Part shown: positions 28,656 through 41,700 of the stretch, one piece after another
Layout: each line of letters opens with the position of its first letter
Position numbering within the stretch: position 1 is the first letter of the stretch
From: Antedon mediterranea
Taxonomy: Eukaryota > Animalia > Echinodermata
Length of the DNA: 64,000 bases
Reading direction: 5' to 3'
NCBI RefSeq assembly: GCF_964355755.1
Contig: NC_092672.1
Span: 8,990,001 to 9,054,000 of the forward strand
Made by a program: the position numbers and the translations under genes
Notes under the pieces: model-generated
The model's database searches: none
Seen by the model: the letters and a program-made list of their open reading frames with translations, nothing else
Told to the model about the DNA's origin: nothing

Positions 28656-29737
28656 ATGGTTTCAAGATGTTCTTTCACTTGTTGATGTCATGGATATTCA
28701 TTCCCCAATGCATTACCTTATTATAGTTACACAGTAACATTGTCAAATTATATACTTACTTACAATATGTTTATACCTACTTATAATACAACAAACAGTA
28801 GTAGCTTATATTTCAGTATATAAGATTAGAGGTGAAAAAATATGTATAAGTTATGTATTTTTACAGTAGCTAGCACAATAAATTACTACAGTCTGTTTAT
28901 TATTACAATAAAAGTGTCTCTTAATTAGGGATGTCGTGTGAATAGGTGTTAATATTGTTTAATATGGTTCTACTGTATAATATACAAATATATATTCATA
29001 AAGTTTATTAACAATGCACAGATTAAGTCAATTTTATTCTTAATAAAAAAAAACTGCAAATTAGAAGAAAAAAATTGAGATGTATCATTTTTTGTATAGT
29101 ATTTTTATTGTAGTATAATCATTTGTATATACTTTGTTATATTTTATTTATTTAATCTTTCTTTATTCTGAAATACACTTTCAATACAATGTACTGATTT
29201 CCAAAGTGGTTCAGTTCTTAACTACATAAATGTAAACAAAATACAGTATATAAATGGACAAAAGAAAATATAAAATTAAACCTAAAATTATCAAAATCAA
29301 ATTAACACAATTAAAGTAAGCACATTTGTTATATATAAATAATACTGTACTGTATTATAAATAATATCTATATAGCACACTTCTCAGGTTTTGTTTCTAT
29401 ATTAAAATTTGATAAGAGGTTGAGGTTTACACTATTCTAATTTCTTTTTGTATTATAATGAATGTTTTTAAATAAAGATATCAGATCTCAGATTCTCTTT
29501 CGGTGTGCAAAACTATCCAAACATGTGCAACATATGATAATACAGAAGGAATCATGCATATTCTGGGATGTGTATGCATAATACTCGTTAGACGTATGCA
29601 ACGTTAAGCCCTACTACAGCCTACTAAGACGCAACTCCATGGCGGGTTTGTGTGTTACAAACAGTCTACACTCTATAGCACTCAACTATCAGTTGGCAAA
29701 CACAGAGTCAATTTGGTATTAAAAGCGGTGGTTTACC

Positions 29738-29835
29738 GGGTGTCACGAAACCTAAGACCACGAAAGCTAAGACCCCCTAAGACCTAAGATCACGAAAGCT
29801 AAGACCCAAGACCTAAGATTACAAATTCTAAGATA
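29738..29835 (+). mobile_element. Solo DNA-transposon end with TAAGAC subterminal repeats
   Basis: CGGGTGTCACGAAACCTAAGACCACGAAAGCTAAGAC with repeated (CT)AAGAC units. No partner end found. Confidence 0.35.
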
Positions 29836-30504
29836 TATTACAGCTTAAAAACAATACTTGTTGGCTATACAGTACGGTAGGCTTGTCTAGGGCAAATAAA
29901 CTCAAATTTCCAGTGCCCTGGCCTACATGTGTAGAACATGTAGTGTACTGGACTTTATTTGCTCTCTTGATAATTTACAAGCAGATAAGAATTTTAATTG
30001 TTTACTTTTGGCAATGACAATATTCAATATTTATCAAATACTTCAATTCATATTTGAACAGATGGATTGTAAACTTCAGTATTGTCAGAGGCTAAATCAA
30101 TCAAAATTTGAATTACAGTATGATGGATTATATACAATTGCAACAGTGCATATGCTTTTATAATCAATCATAATGCATAACATAATATTACAAAACATTG
30201 TTAGTACAGAAAAGAGTGAGTCATGTGAGATATAATGGAAAGTATTAATAAAAATAGGCCAAGTATGAGTGAATCATGAGAGATTATAATGGAACAACAA
30301 AACCATATATTGATTTTTTTATATTGGCTATTGTTATAAACATTATGCAGTATACGACATTGTACTGTAGATGACATTGTACTGTAGATACAAGTTGTGC
30401 TGAATTCATTAAATTTCTACTGCTTTATACTGAGACTAAACTATTTGTCTACAGCTGACTGTATTATTATAATAGAATGGGTGAAAATCTTCATTGGACA
30501 TATT

Positions 30505-32556
30505 GAGTGTTGACAAAGTGCGAGGCAGCGAGGCACGCGAGGCATGCGTGGCATGACAAATATTTGTGCGAGGCATCATTTTATCATTTCCAAAAGTGCG
30601 AGGCATACAGTTTACAATTTCAAAAAGGTGCGAGGCATATCTTAACGTGCTATTATGCTATATTATAGGCCTAATAATCAATCGATACAAGCGTATCTAA
30701 ATAGATTCGTGTATACACTCATCATGTTGTTTATTTTTATGTAACGATTGTTTTTTCATTCAATTCATATCGTGTCAAATTTTACTTTTACAAAAGTGCC
30801 CAAACTACGGTTCAAAAATCTGAACGACAGTCTTCAACTTTCGATAAACAATAATTGTTATAGCGACACACTCATCAAATGACTGCAATGTTTGTTGGCA
30901 TTTCGAGCGTGTTCACTCACATGTCTCTCGAACATAGCAGAGTGAAAATAATATTTTGTCACACCCCTGCGCCTAGATCCGGTAGACCCGAGAAATGGAA
31001 AATCCCTCTTTACTATGTAGCAGGTAGCGGAATGATTCAGCCCTCAGCTCAGAGGATTGTGGTGCATTCCCCTCCTATAGCACGTGGTTTCAGCAGCAAC
31101 GCTCAGACTTCTCTCTGAGCGGCGTGCCAAAGACATTTTTGACATTCCATTCTCTAGGAACAACACGTGTACCTCTCTCGCAAATAAGGTGAACAGCGAT
31201 TGCCAGGACAAGTTCAATAACTGGCGGTGAATAAAAGGTAACTGATATGCCGATCCAATAACATGCCGCAAAGAAAAAAATTGCGACAGAATTCTGGAGC
31301 GCGTGTGAAAAAAGACTTACGTCCGACAATTGTAATACTAGGCCTAAAATTAAACTTTAGCTAATATGCTTAGCCCTAACCTAGATAAAGGCCTATGTAG
31401 AAAATAATTTAATCAATTTTGATAAAATAATAATTGGTGTAATATTTAATAATGATACACTATTCCTGTTTTAGTAAGCTAGGTATATTACGAACGATTT
31501 TTATTTATTGTTGTCCATGTACATACTAATAAACCTGGCGCTAGTTTCCTTCGCTTGTATTTTTACTCCAAATTTGATAACTAACTTTATCGTGTGAATA
31601 CCACACCTTAGAAGTATACCTCATGAGTACTTTAATGAAAGAATCACATAAAAAGTAACAAATAAATCCTTAAATTAATGATTTTACAGGCGTGTTTCTC
31701 GCACACTGTTCGCGAATTTCACTTATTCAATGTTCAATATTTTTGTTTCTATGGAGCGCCAAAAGAGCAACGATAATAGAGGACTAAAACTCAGTGGAAT
31801 GCGTCAATTTCTCATGCATTTATTGGTGAAAAACACGTTTTATTTCAATATATTTGTTAATTTGTCAATAAAAATGTTGTAATATGTTACTGCTGATACT
31901 GTTCTGTTTTCAAAGAATAATAATCGATCCTAAATCAACATCACTACCTAGTCTAGACCTAGGACATCCTACTAAGGATATTATGATGAATTTTTCTATT
32001 TTATTCTTTAAAAGGTTAACGAAACCGTGTACATTATCAACAGTAACATTTTTCCTTACTGACAGTGACAAAATCTATTGAAATTGTACTTGATTTTCAC
32101 CAAATAATGCGTTAAATATAAATGGATTCCACAGAGTTTTTAGCCCTCTAATTAATTTTGCTCTTTTGGCGTTCCATAGAAACCAAAATATTGAACATTG
32201 AGTGTGCGAAATGCGAGAAAAACAACGTCTGTAAAATCACCAATTTAATGGATTTATTGTTACTTTTATGTGATTTTTCTTCATTAAAGTAGGCCTAATT
32301 CTAAGCTGTGGTATTCAGGATAAAGCCTTGGTTAAATTACAAGGCAGGTGCAAAAGGAAACTAGCCTAGCGGGCCTAGGCGCGCCTAGGCTACTTCAATT
32401 TCGGTGATTTCCTGCCTTGCAATTTTGAGAAATGATAAAATGATGCCTCGCATTTTTTGATGATGGTAAAACGATGCCTCGCATAAATTTCTGACTTGCC
32501 TCGCATGCCTTCCCTGCCACGCGTGCCTCGCGCTGCCTCGCACTTTGTTACTACCC
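30505..32556. mobile_element. Non-autonomous Mutator (MULE)-like element
   Basis: Perfect 9-bp TSD GGACATATT at 30496-30504 and 32557-32565. Long imperfect TIRs with GCGAGGCA/TGCCTCGC repeats. Confidence 0.88.
31540..32365. mobile_element. Long inverted-repeat (foldback/MITE) element nested in the MULE
   Basis: ~31597-31802 is the imperfect reverse complement of ~32124-32316. Confidence 0.65.
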
Positions 32557-32763
32557 GGACATATTGTGTGAACATTTTATGCTGTGGATATTTTTTATTT
32601 GGCTTCACTTGGCAGCCTTCGTTCTGCTTCATCGCACGTTTATAATAAGTTAAAATTTTACCATTCAAGAGACAAACAATTGGATTTTATATGCTTGACT
32701 ATTCATTTTAAACCCAGAACCCACCTTTAGTTTGTATTGGTTTCCTAAGAATTTAGTTTACTA

Positions 32764-35700
32764 ATGATGGAGAAAATAACTGGTATCGGTGGTGCCCAAT
32801 ATACCGGTCCTGTGTCAGGTACCGGTTCTGTCCCAGGTACTGCTCCTGTCCCAGGTAGTGTACCGCCACAAGGACAACCTCAACCAGGCTACGGACCTCC
32901 ACAACAAGGCTATCCAGGAGTACCGCCAGGTTATCCTCAACCCGGCCATTCTCAACCCGGCCATTCTCAACCCGGCCATCCTCAACCCGGTCATCCTCAA
33001 CCCGGTCATCCTCAACCTGGCTATCTTCAAGGGTATGGACCTGCTCCACCTGGTTACCAATTAGGACAGCCAGGATTGGTAAATATATAAAACATTTTTT
33101 GTTCAAGTTAGTGTAGGCGTACACTACTTTTAAAAATAAAGTAAAACAATTTAGGCTAGAGTATATTAACAAACAACTTAAGTAAAACTCTTCGAACAGC
33201 TGAAAAAGGGGACTAGTAATAGTTATCTGGGTATTAGACGCTCAATACCCAGATAACATATTTTTAGCAAATCTACATGATTGTGTTCCATAGAAATTTA
33301 CTTTATTTTAAAATACAGGTTGGAGTTCAACCCGGGGCAGTCAGTGCACCATGGATGGCCAAGCCAGAAACAGTACCTGGTTGCCCACCTGGACTAGAAT
33401 ACCTGACCCAGGTGGACCAGCTACTGGTGCAACAATTTGTTGAACTCATTGAAGGTATTTCATTCTCTTGATGCAGACTTGCTAGCCGATATAGGCCTAT
33501 GCCCATGTAAATTGTCTCCTAACAAAACATACAAAGTCTAATATATAAAGTTAATTTTTGTTAACAAGGCCCGATGGCTGTAGTCACGTGCTCACATTTG
33601 AGTTAGTTTTACCGACCGACCTAGTGAGCTGTAGAGTCATGTTGCATGCGACTAAAAATTAATTACTTTTACCTGTAGTCTGGCCTGTTAGTTCCTAATG
33701 TTTATATTTTATGTTTATATAGTTGTTACCCACTGCAAGACACCAAATAGATACTACATAAAAAATACCTTAGGTCAACAAGTCTACTATGTATTTGAAG
33801 GTAAGTCGACATCCATATAGCTCACAAAATTTTCAGACACTACACTATTAACTTGCAATGCAACCAGGGAGATAATCTCCCTGATGCAACCTAATTTTTT
33901 TTAAGCCCTAGCCAAAAAACAAAAAAAATTTCGAAACACTTTCCATGTATCTATAATACATACTTTTTTTTGGTTAACCAAATACTCCCATATTCCATAT
34001 ATTTTATTATTAAAAATAGTATCTTTGTTAAAGCAGAAATGTCACTAAAACATTAATAAAATCCATATAAAGTAATACACTAATAAAAACGGCTCATCCA
34101 TAGCGTTACTTTTAAGATTTCGCCGTTATCACGAAAAAGCAAATTTAAAATAGCCACTTGAGCAATTCAATTACTTCTGGTTCGTATGCAGAAATATTTC
34201 CGTGACGTCATCTCGGGTGCTTCGCTTGGTTAGTTACACACACGAGTTGTTGGACACTGTATTTCTCTATTGTATTTCGCATTCTTTTGTTCAGGTAATC
34301 AATCTCTTGAGGCACTTTTGTTAAAGTTAACTTTTGTTGGTGTTAAATCAAAACACAATGCCGTATTGTGCAGCATTTAATTGTACCAATACAACAAGTG
34401 GAGGATAAAATCGCGACCGGAATATAGGATTTTTTTTCCTTCCCAAAGTCTTCGGGTCTGAGAAAGGCATGGTCCGGATCCACCAGGGCTCGATTTAGTG
34501 CTAGCCCGGCGTACAATGGCTAGTAAAAACAGCTCCGGGCTACCTAAAGTATCTTCCTTTAAGCCCGGATGGCTAGTAGGTTGTGGGAACTCGAAATTGG
34601 GACGAAATGACCTCATAAAAATAACTCCAGCATAAAAGACACATGTCTTGGCAACATCAGCAAAAATACCACTCGCGCGCTGCTGTGGCCATAACAAGTG
34701 ATGATGTAGGCGGAGCCTCTCATAATCAAGCAAATTTTCCGAATTATGATTGGCCATTTATGTTTTTGTCACCCAGGTTATTGTGAAGTAGGCGGAGCTT
34801 CATTATCAGGTCAAACGTGTCACAAAAATATGACCATAAATAACGAACTGTGATTGGCCAAATGTAGTAGAATTTTGTCAATGTTAAAAATAACTTGTCT
34901 AGTCTTGTCAGGCCTGGTTGTCACAGATCAAAGCTAGGGATATTTTGTAGGCCCGGGTGGCTGGCTCTATCCCTGTAGGCATGGAGGTATACCTCCATGC
35001 TGTAGGTAGGCCATGGAGGCCATATTTTATAATATGCGTAGGCCTAGATAGAATCAAAAGCCATCGTTTGGCATCGTGATGGCTGCTCAGCAGCTAGGCC
35101 TAGCTAGATACTACCATTTTGGTAACAGTTGAGTAGAGTAGGCCAGGTGCTCCAATGCGATCTAGCTAGGCTAGGTAGGCCTACAGTACGTCTATCCTAG
35201 CTACCCTACTATAAATAATAGGCTCTCTAGGCCTAGCCTAAGGTAGACAGAATCTAATTAGTTTTCTTGGCTAGGTTGAAGCCCAACAACAAAAAGACCT
35301 CAATAAATTGATTCTGTGAATATGGTGAGCATAAAATAGACTATGCGTCGCGACGCAAAGTTAATTTTTATAATGTGAACAATAAAGAAATACAATTTTG
35401 TGTAATTTTTCATGCAAGTATTTATGTAAATGTTTAGCAATTCTCGAGCGTTTAGATTAGTGCGCCCTCTATTGTACAAAATGCCTGAATTCATTTATAT
35501 GGCGGCCCGCGATTTTTTTTTCGTACATAAGTTGGGGACCCCCTCATGAAACGTCACAAAATAAACATGAATAATTCATCAGTTAAATTTGTTGTTCCGT
35601 GTGCACCCAAGCGTATAGCAACAAGAAGTGATTACACGCACAACTAAACTGCGATACGATTCTTTCTACAGTAGGCCTAGGATTCTAGGTCAATTCACGT

Positions 35701-38700
35701 GATTGCCTTCGCGCACTCTTCTTAATCTTCACACACACAGTACACCACTATGCAAAATGTGTCGAGGCTAATCGACAGCTAGGCAAGATATTAAACTAAG
35801 TACTGTAGTTAATTGGACATAGCCCAAAGAAAGCTTAGACCCACAAGAATAAAAAATGTATATAATTTGTGTACTGTAATTTTTTAATTCTGCTATTTTA
35901 TTATCAAACAATATGCATGTACTCAAAGGAACTTTAAAAATGCGCGTATAATATGAACACATGAGATGGGAAGATTAGACTCACGAGAATAAAAAATGTA
36001 TTTTTGTGTAATGTTTATTGTTTAATTTTGCTGACTTATACTGGGACTGTGTCATACCTAACACACACACACGTCACACACACCACTACTACTAGAATAG
36101 AAATGGGTTTAGAGACTAATAATTAGGCCTAATAGTATTAATAGAAACTATAATTTTAACACGTAATTTTTTATTAATAAATTATATTAGAAACACCATA
36201 AACCAAGGCTGATTATTTCGACAATCCACACAAAACGACGCTATTCTTCTATGAAATCGCACGCCGCAACCACAGCGGAGATAGGCCTAGAATCGTGTCG
36301 CAGTTGTAATGTTTTGTGTAATCACTTCTTGTTGCTATACGCTTGGGTGCACACGGAACAAGAAAATTTAACTGATGAATTATTCATGTTTATTTTGTGA
36401 CGTTTCATGAAGGGGTCCCCAACTTATGTACGAAAAAAAAAATTGCTGGCGGCCCTGCTATCACGGTGCGATAACAAGAGTGGGCTAGTAAAATAATGTA
36501 TGGGCTAGTGAAATCTACAGTGGGCTAGCAACATGAAAAAGATAAATCGAGCCCTGTCCACGCCGTCAGACGAAAAAATTTCCAGCCTAGCAAATTCGCA
36601 ACGATATGTTCGGAGCACTTCTTGGAAGAAGACTTTGCGAAATACCCACCTAAACTTCGTGAAATGGGATTCAAAGAAAAAGTAAATTTGAAATTGAAAG
36701 ACGGGGCAATACCTTCGAAGGTTACATTGCCTTCAGAAAGCACCGCCACCGAGAAGATCCCAGCCCAGGCCCAGCTGCTAGTCGTAGTAGAGGCGCCTTT
36801 CAAAAACGTAGGCGAAGAGAAGTAAGTGTTATTTTTACTTTTTCATTATTGCACTAACTAGGCTTACCACCACCGCCGAATTTACCTGCCTGGATCGACA
36901 GGACAGGCCCCCTATGCTCAAAAGCCTAGTAAAATCAACAAATTTGATCCAAAACAAAATGTCTTTCCCACCACCTTCCTCGCTGGCCGCATATGTATGG
37001 CCGTGATTTGTTTTTTTTTTTTGGTGTTGACCGATGCAGTCGGCGGGGGGGTAGAATCACAATTGTGAAAAGGCTACACATAACAGTTACTTAGCTAACT
37101 AACGAATAATAAAGTATTAAAATGATTTTATTATAAAAACAGAAATAAGGAAGATTTAAAGACTGTTTTACGATCGGTATTTAAACACTAACAAATATAA
37201 CGTAGGCCTAGGCCGCGCCTATGACGGAGCCGATGCTAGCTAATTGATAGGCTACAGTAGCCTCCCGAGCCCGCTCCTCCCGAGTAGCCTATTTAAACAT
37301 ACCATGTTCAATTTCCTTCTCTTTCCTCCCTTCCTTCTGCCTCAACATCGTCTTCTTCTTCCTCATCGTCATTTTCAAATTCCCCAGCCTTTCTCAAAGG
37401 CTCATATTGGTATGGCTGAATTTCTAACGGAAAAGTTTCTTCTTCGGAATCGGAATACATTTTGCGAGGATTGGCTTTTTCATGTACTCATCCAGCGTGA
37501 TCGTTTTCAGGGAAGATAGCGAAACCCGATATGACGTCACAACTGTAAAGTTAATGAGTTGGCTCTAAACGCTGACTGGTCAGAAAAATCGTATTTTCAA
37601 ACGTCGATTTTAGCGGTAAAAATTGCATAAAAAATTTCAAAAAACCTAATATATATTTTATTATACCTAAACAATCATCACAAATACTCAAATAGTTGTT
37701 GACATTTCTGCTTTAATATTAAACTTAGATCATCATTTAGAGTGTTTTAGCTGCTTTGGGAACTGCAGAAAATCTTAATTTTAGATCTATGATCGTTCAT
37801 CCTAATAGCATACCCTCATCACATTGACCATAAACTTGCTTTTAGAATCTGATGTACCTCAAGAGTGCTGTGACGGAGCTCGGGGTTTCACCATGCATGT
37901 CATAGATAATACAAACCAGGTAAGCTGCGCACTCACTTAATCAGAAACATCACAGAGGCCCCAATTTAGGTCCCTACAGCACTGGGGACAGAAAGTGGCG
38001 AGAGTTGGGGAAAAGTCACCGGTCACTCTCGCATATTTAGCCTTTTCAATATTATTTTAATACCCATTTTTAAGTACCATAAACTTAGAATTCTGACTTT
38101 TGTGTTTTCTCGGTGAGCACCACTTCGTTTAGCCAGTGAATGCTCATAGCCGCTATGCCACTGCACTTAATCATGGAAGGAGTGGTTCTCCGACGAGAGG
38201 TAAACATTACGAAAAGAAGAACATTAATAACATTAATTTTCCACCACCCCCGTCGGATAATGGATCAGTCCGCCACCAGTACGCCCTCAAGTGAGACACA
38301 CCCATTTATCATCGTCATCATTTCTCAAGACCACCTGCCTGAGGGGACGGTAGGGAGGGCGTTTATCCAGGTAAGCGGCACTCATAGACTACCAACACCA
38401 CTATTGGTTTGTGTAGTCTATATCGTGCCTAGCTTACCTGGATAAACCAACATAAGCCAGTGTAGTACCGGACTAGAGTCTAGTCGGAGGCGGGAGGCAA
38501 GGTAAACATTCTTATACGTACCTAGTGTCTGGGCTTCAAGATTGAAGCAGCCACCGTAGACTGGTTTGCGGAGGTATCCGACAGGTAGTGGGATGTGAAG
38601 GTGGACTGTGATCGCCACCATGCCGCTTGCAGGATGTCTGGGAGGGGCACCCCAGCAAACAGCGCCCATGAAGCGGCAATGCCACGCACTTGGTGCATAT

Positions 38701-41700
38701 GTGCCGGAGGAGGCGTATCTGTGGAGTCGTAACCAGCCCGGATGGCTGCCACGACCCAGTTTGCAAGTGTCGACCGAGCAGCCGGTCGGAAGGGTGAAAC
38801 TGTCGATATGAACAGATGTGACGCTGAGACCCGAATGGACTCTGTGCGTTTGATGTAAAACTTTAGTGCCCGCACTGGGCACCAAAGTCTGTCTTCCTCA
38901 ACCCCTGAATATGCAGCAATGGTGGGAATAAACACAGTCGGCGGCGAGAAGTTCAATGTCTGAGATTTTGCAAGGAAATCTTTTCTAAAAACTAACCGCG
39001 CGCCACCCCGTTCAAACCTGATGTGCCCTGGCTCCAGAGAAAGAGCGTGCAGTTCACCTCTGCGCTTGCACGAGGCTAGTGCAATCAAAAAGGCAGTTTT
39101 GAGAGACAGGTTGTAAAGTGATGCTCTACTCAGGGGCTCGAAGGGTGGACGCATAAGAGCGGCTAGGACGACATTGACGTCCCAACGTGGAATCAGGGCC
39201 TTAGTAGGAGGCCGTTCTCGAAACATCCCGCGAAGCAAACTGGAAATTGCAGGGGATGAAGAGATGGTCGAGCCGTCTTCAAAGTTCGGAATTACTGCAC
39301 CCAAGGCAGACCGATAGCCGGATACGGTGCGAATCTGCAGACCTGACTCAAACAGGTAATGTAGGAAAGCGCAGACCTGGCCCAAAGTGACTTTCATTGG
39401 GTCGGTCTTCTGGCGCTTGCACCATTTGAAAAAGTGTTTTAATCGGCTATTGTAGACAGCAAGAGTGGATTCCCGTCGGGATTTCGCCGCGAGGGCGGCC
39501 GGGCCATCTGGAATGCCTGAGTCTCTGAAGCGATCCCTGACAATGGCCATACAGTCAGGTCGAGGGATATGAGGTTCGGTAGAGCAAACCGAGCTCGGCC
39601 CTGCGTCAGCAAGTCGTTCCGAATCGGAAGACGTAACGGCTGATCGTACAGAAGGCCTAGTAGCAGTGGAAACCACGGCTGCCTGGGCCAATACGGCGCT
39701 ATTAGTAGGACTCGGCATTGATGGCGCTGAATGTGTGTCAGGACCAGTGGCAGTATTGAAATCGGTGGAAAGGCATATGCCCAAAGGTTGTCCCATGGTA
39801 TGGACAGGGCATCCACCGCCCACGCATGTGCATCCCGATATCGACTGCAGAAAGTCGGGAGCTGCGTGTTGCCTGACGTCGCAAACAGATCTACATGGGG
39901 CCGCCCCAATGTGGTTGAAGATTTGGGTGGCGATTATTGGAAGGAGACGCCATTCCGTAGGACGTAGAAGTGGACGGGACAGTGCGTCCGCCACTATGTT
40001 CAGACGACCCGCAATGTGGGCCGCTGACAGTTGGATGTTGTGTCTTATACACCACATTAGCAACGTCCACGTGTGGCAACATAGCGTGGGGGAGCCTGTT
40101 TATGTATGCCATGACGGTTGTGTTGTCGGAATTGACGAGAACATGGCGATTTGCCAGATGGGGAAGAAGAGCCTCCAACGAGCGCTCGACTGCCCAAAGT
40201 TCGAGCAGGTTGATGTGGGCGGGCGCGCGTCTCCTCGGGCGACCAGAGCCCGGAGACGCGAATGTCCGGAGACGGTATGTGACCGCCCCAGCCTACTTCG
40301 GATGCGTCCGTTTCCACACGGACATCCGGAATTGACCTTTGTATAGGTGTGCCCACAAGTAACCTGTCTTCCACGAGCCACCATTCGAGATGCGAGATAA
40401 TGAACGCATTCGTTGGAACCACTTTGTATAGAGAGTCTGATTTTGGGCGGTATGCTGCCAGAACTCCTTCCATGATTAAGTGCAGTGGCATAGCGGCTAT
40501 TACATCCATTATTTCTAATGCACGATTTAGTAAAGTTGAAAAATTTTGATAAAATATCTTTGACCTACAGGAAGTGATGCGTGTATCGCGCGAGTACAAG
40601 TGCTGTGTAGGTTGTTGCTGGTGCGCGAACAACAATCACTGTGGTCTTGAGGTCGTAGTCGAAGCCCCTGTCGGCCAGGTCATTGGTTATGTTCGTCAAA
40701 GGTAGTAAATGTACCATACAAAGTCCAGTTACACCATGCATTTACATACTATGCCAATGTATATTATATTATTAAGTCACATCGCATCTCGAAAAAACCA
40801 TCAATATACAAATTGAAATGCTACTGTACTAAAATGAAAATTAACAAAAACACAAAATACTACTAGTTACATTAAAATAAATAATTTTAAATGTTTGTAT
40901 ACTGTACATCAAGTATTCAAAGATGAAAACGAACATTTAAGCCATCTGGCGTGTTAAAACTTGTTTAAGCTTGGTTCCCACTAGAACGTAACGCAAGGAC
41001 GTAAATGCAACGCAAGCGAATTGACCAATCACAAGCGATGGCTTATTCGCTTGTGATTGCTAACCGTCTATAACTTCGCTTGTCATTGGTTAAAACGCTT
41101 GCGTTGCGTTTACGTCCTTGCGTTACGTTCTAGTGGGAACCAAGCTTATGAGTTGTCTGTCCACAGCTCTACCTATTAATTAAGAATGAAGACATTTTCT
41201 CAATATATGGAGAAAGTCATACAAAAAAAAAGTTCAATTTTGTCTGAAACTTTGATTTTTAGAAGGAGCTTTTGGAAGCCATCTTGTGACGTACTGAACG
41301 CCGAGAGACAGACAGTCTTGACAATTCGTGGCCCTTGTTGCATCACTGAAGGAAATTGCTGCACAGAGGATCAGGAATTTAAGGTAAATATTATGAATAT
41401 AGTAGCTTACACATTTAGCCCACGCCGCCCTCATAATTCAACAGTACTCATCACCTAGGATCATGCCACCACCAACAACTCATCAGTTTCATCATGCCAC
41501 CACCGTATTTAATTCATCACGTTTGATTATGCCGCTATCAAAATTCAACTTATCACATTTTCATCATGCCACCACCGTAATTGATCAACACATCACATTT
41601 TCATCATGCCACCCCCATAACTCATCCTGACCACTATTATTACAATCTACTGTTCCTTTAAAGGTTTTCAGCACAAATGGTATTGATGAAATAGGAAAGG

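Larger units (their letters stand above)
34484..36556. mobile_element. Non-autonomous TIR element with CAGGG ends and 5-bp TSD (hAT5-like)
   Basis: TIR CAGGGCTCGATTTA / TAAATCGAGCCCTG. TCCAC is duplicated at 34479-34483 and 36557-36561. GGCTAGT subterminal repeats. Confidence 0.78.
34358..36821 (+). pseudogene. THAP-domain N-terminus of the Kolobok transposase, interrupted
   Basis: MPYCAAFNC..(in-frame TAA)..[14 protein letters not shown] at 34358-34472 resumes after a 2.07-kb insertion as [29 protein letters not shown] from 36557. This is the C2CH THAP signature. Confidence 0.8.
34032..37712. mobile_element. Internally deleted Kolobok-type DNA transposon in PLSCR-2 intron 3
   Basis: TTAA TSDs (34028-34031, 37713-37716), a 13-bp TIR AGCAGAAATGTCA, and convergent THAP and KolX-like gene relics. 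Confidence 0.82.
38146..40500 (-). mobile_element. DIRS-type tyrosine-recombinase retrotransposon derivative lacking gag/RT, bounded by 38-bp inverted repeats
   Basis: ATAGCCGCTATGCCACTGCACTTAATCATGGAAGGAGT at 38146-38183 and its reverse complement at 40463-40500. RNase H, methyltransferase and YR occur in DIRS order. Confidence 0.88.

Noticed and set aside
39439-39909. Methyltransferase plus integrase as a horizontally acquired bacterial/phage module
   Set aside because: An MT domain overlapping a YR ORF after RNase H is the known DIRS architecture.
38522-40063. 513-aa ORF as a single RNase H-recombinase fusion protein
   Set aside because: It arises from a frameshift that puts the RNase H tail in the YR frame. 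The intervening translation is the off-frame reading of the methyltransferase domain.
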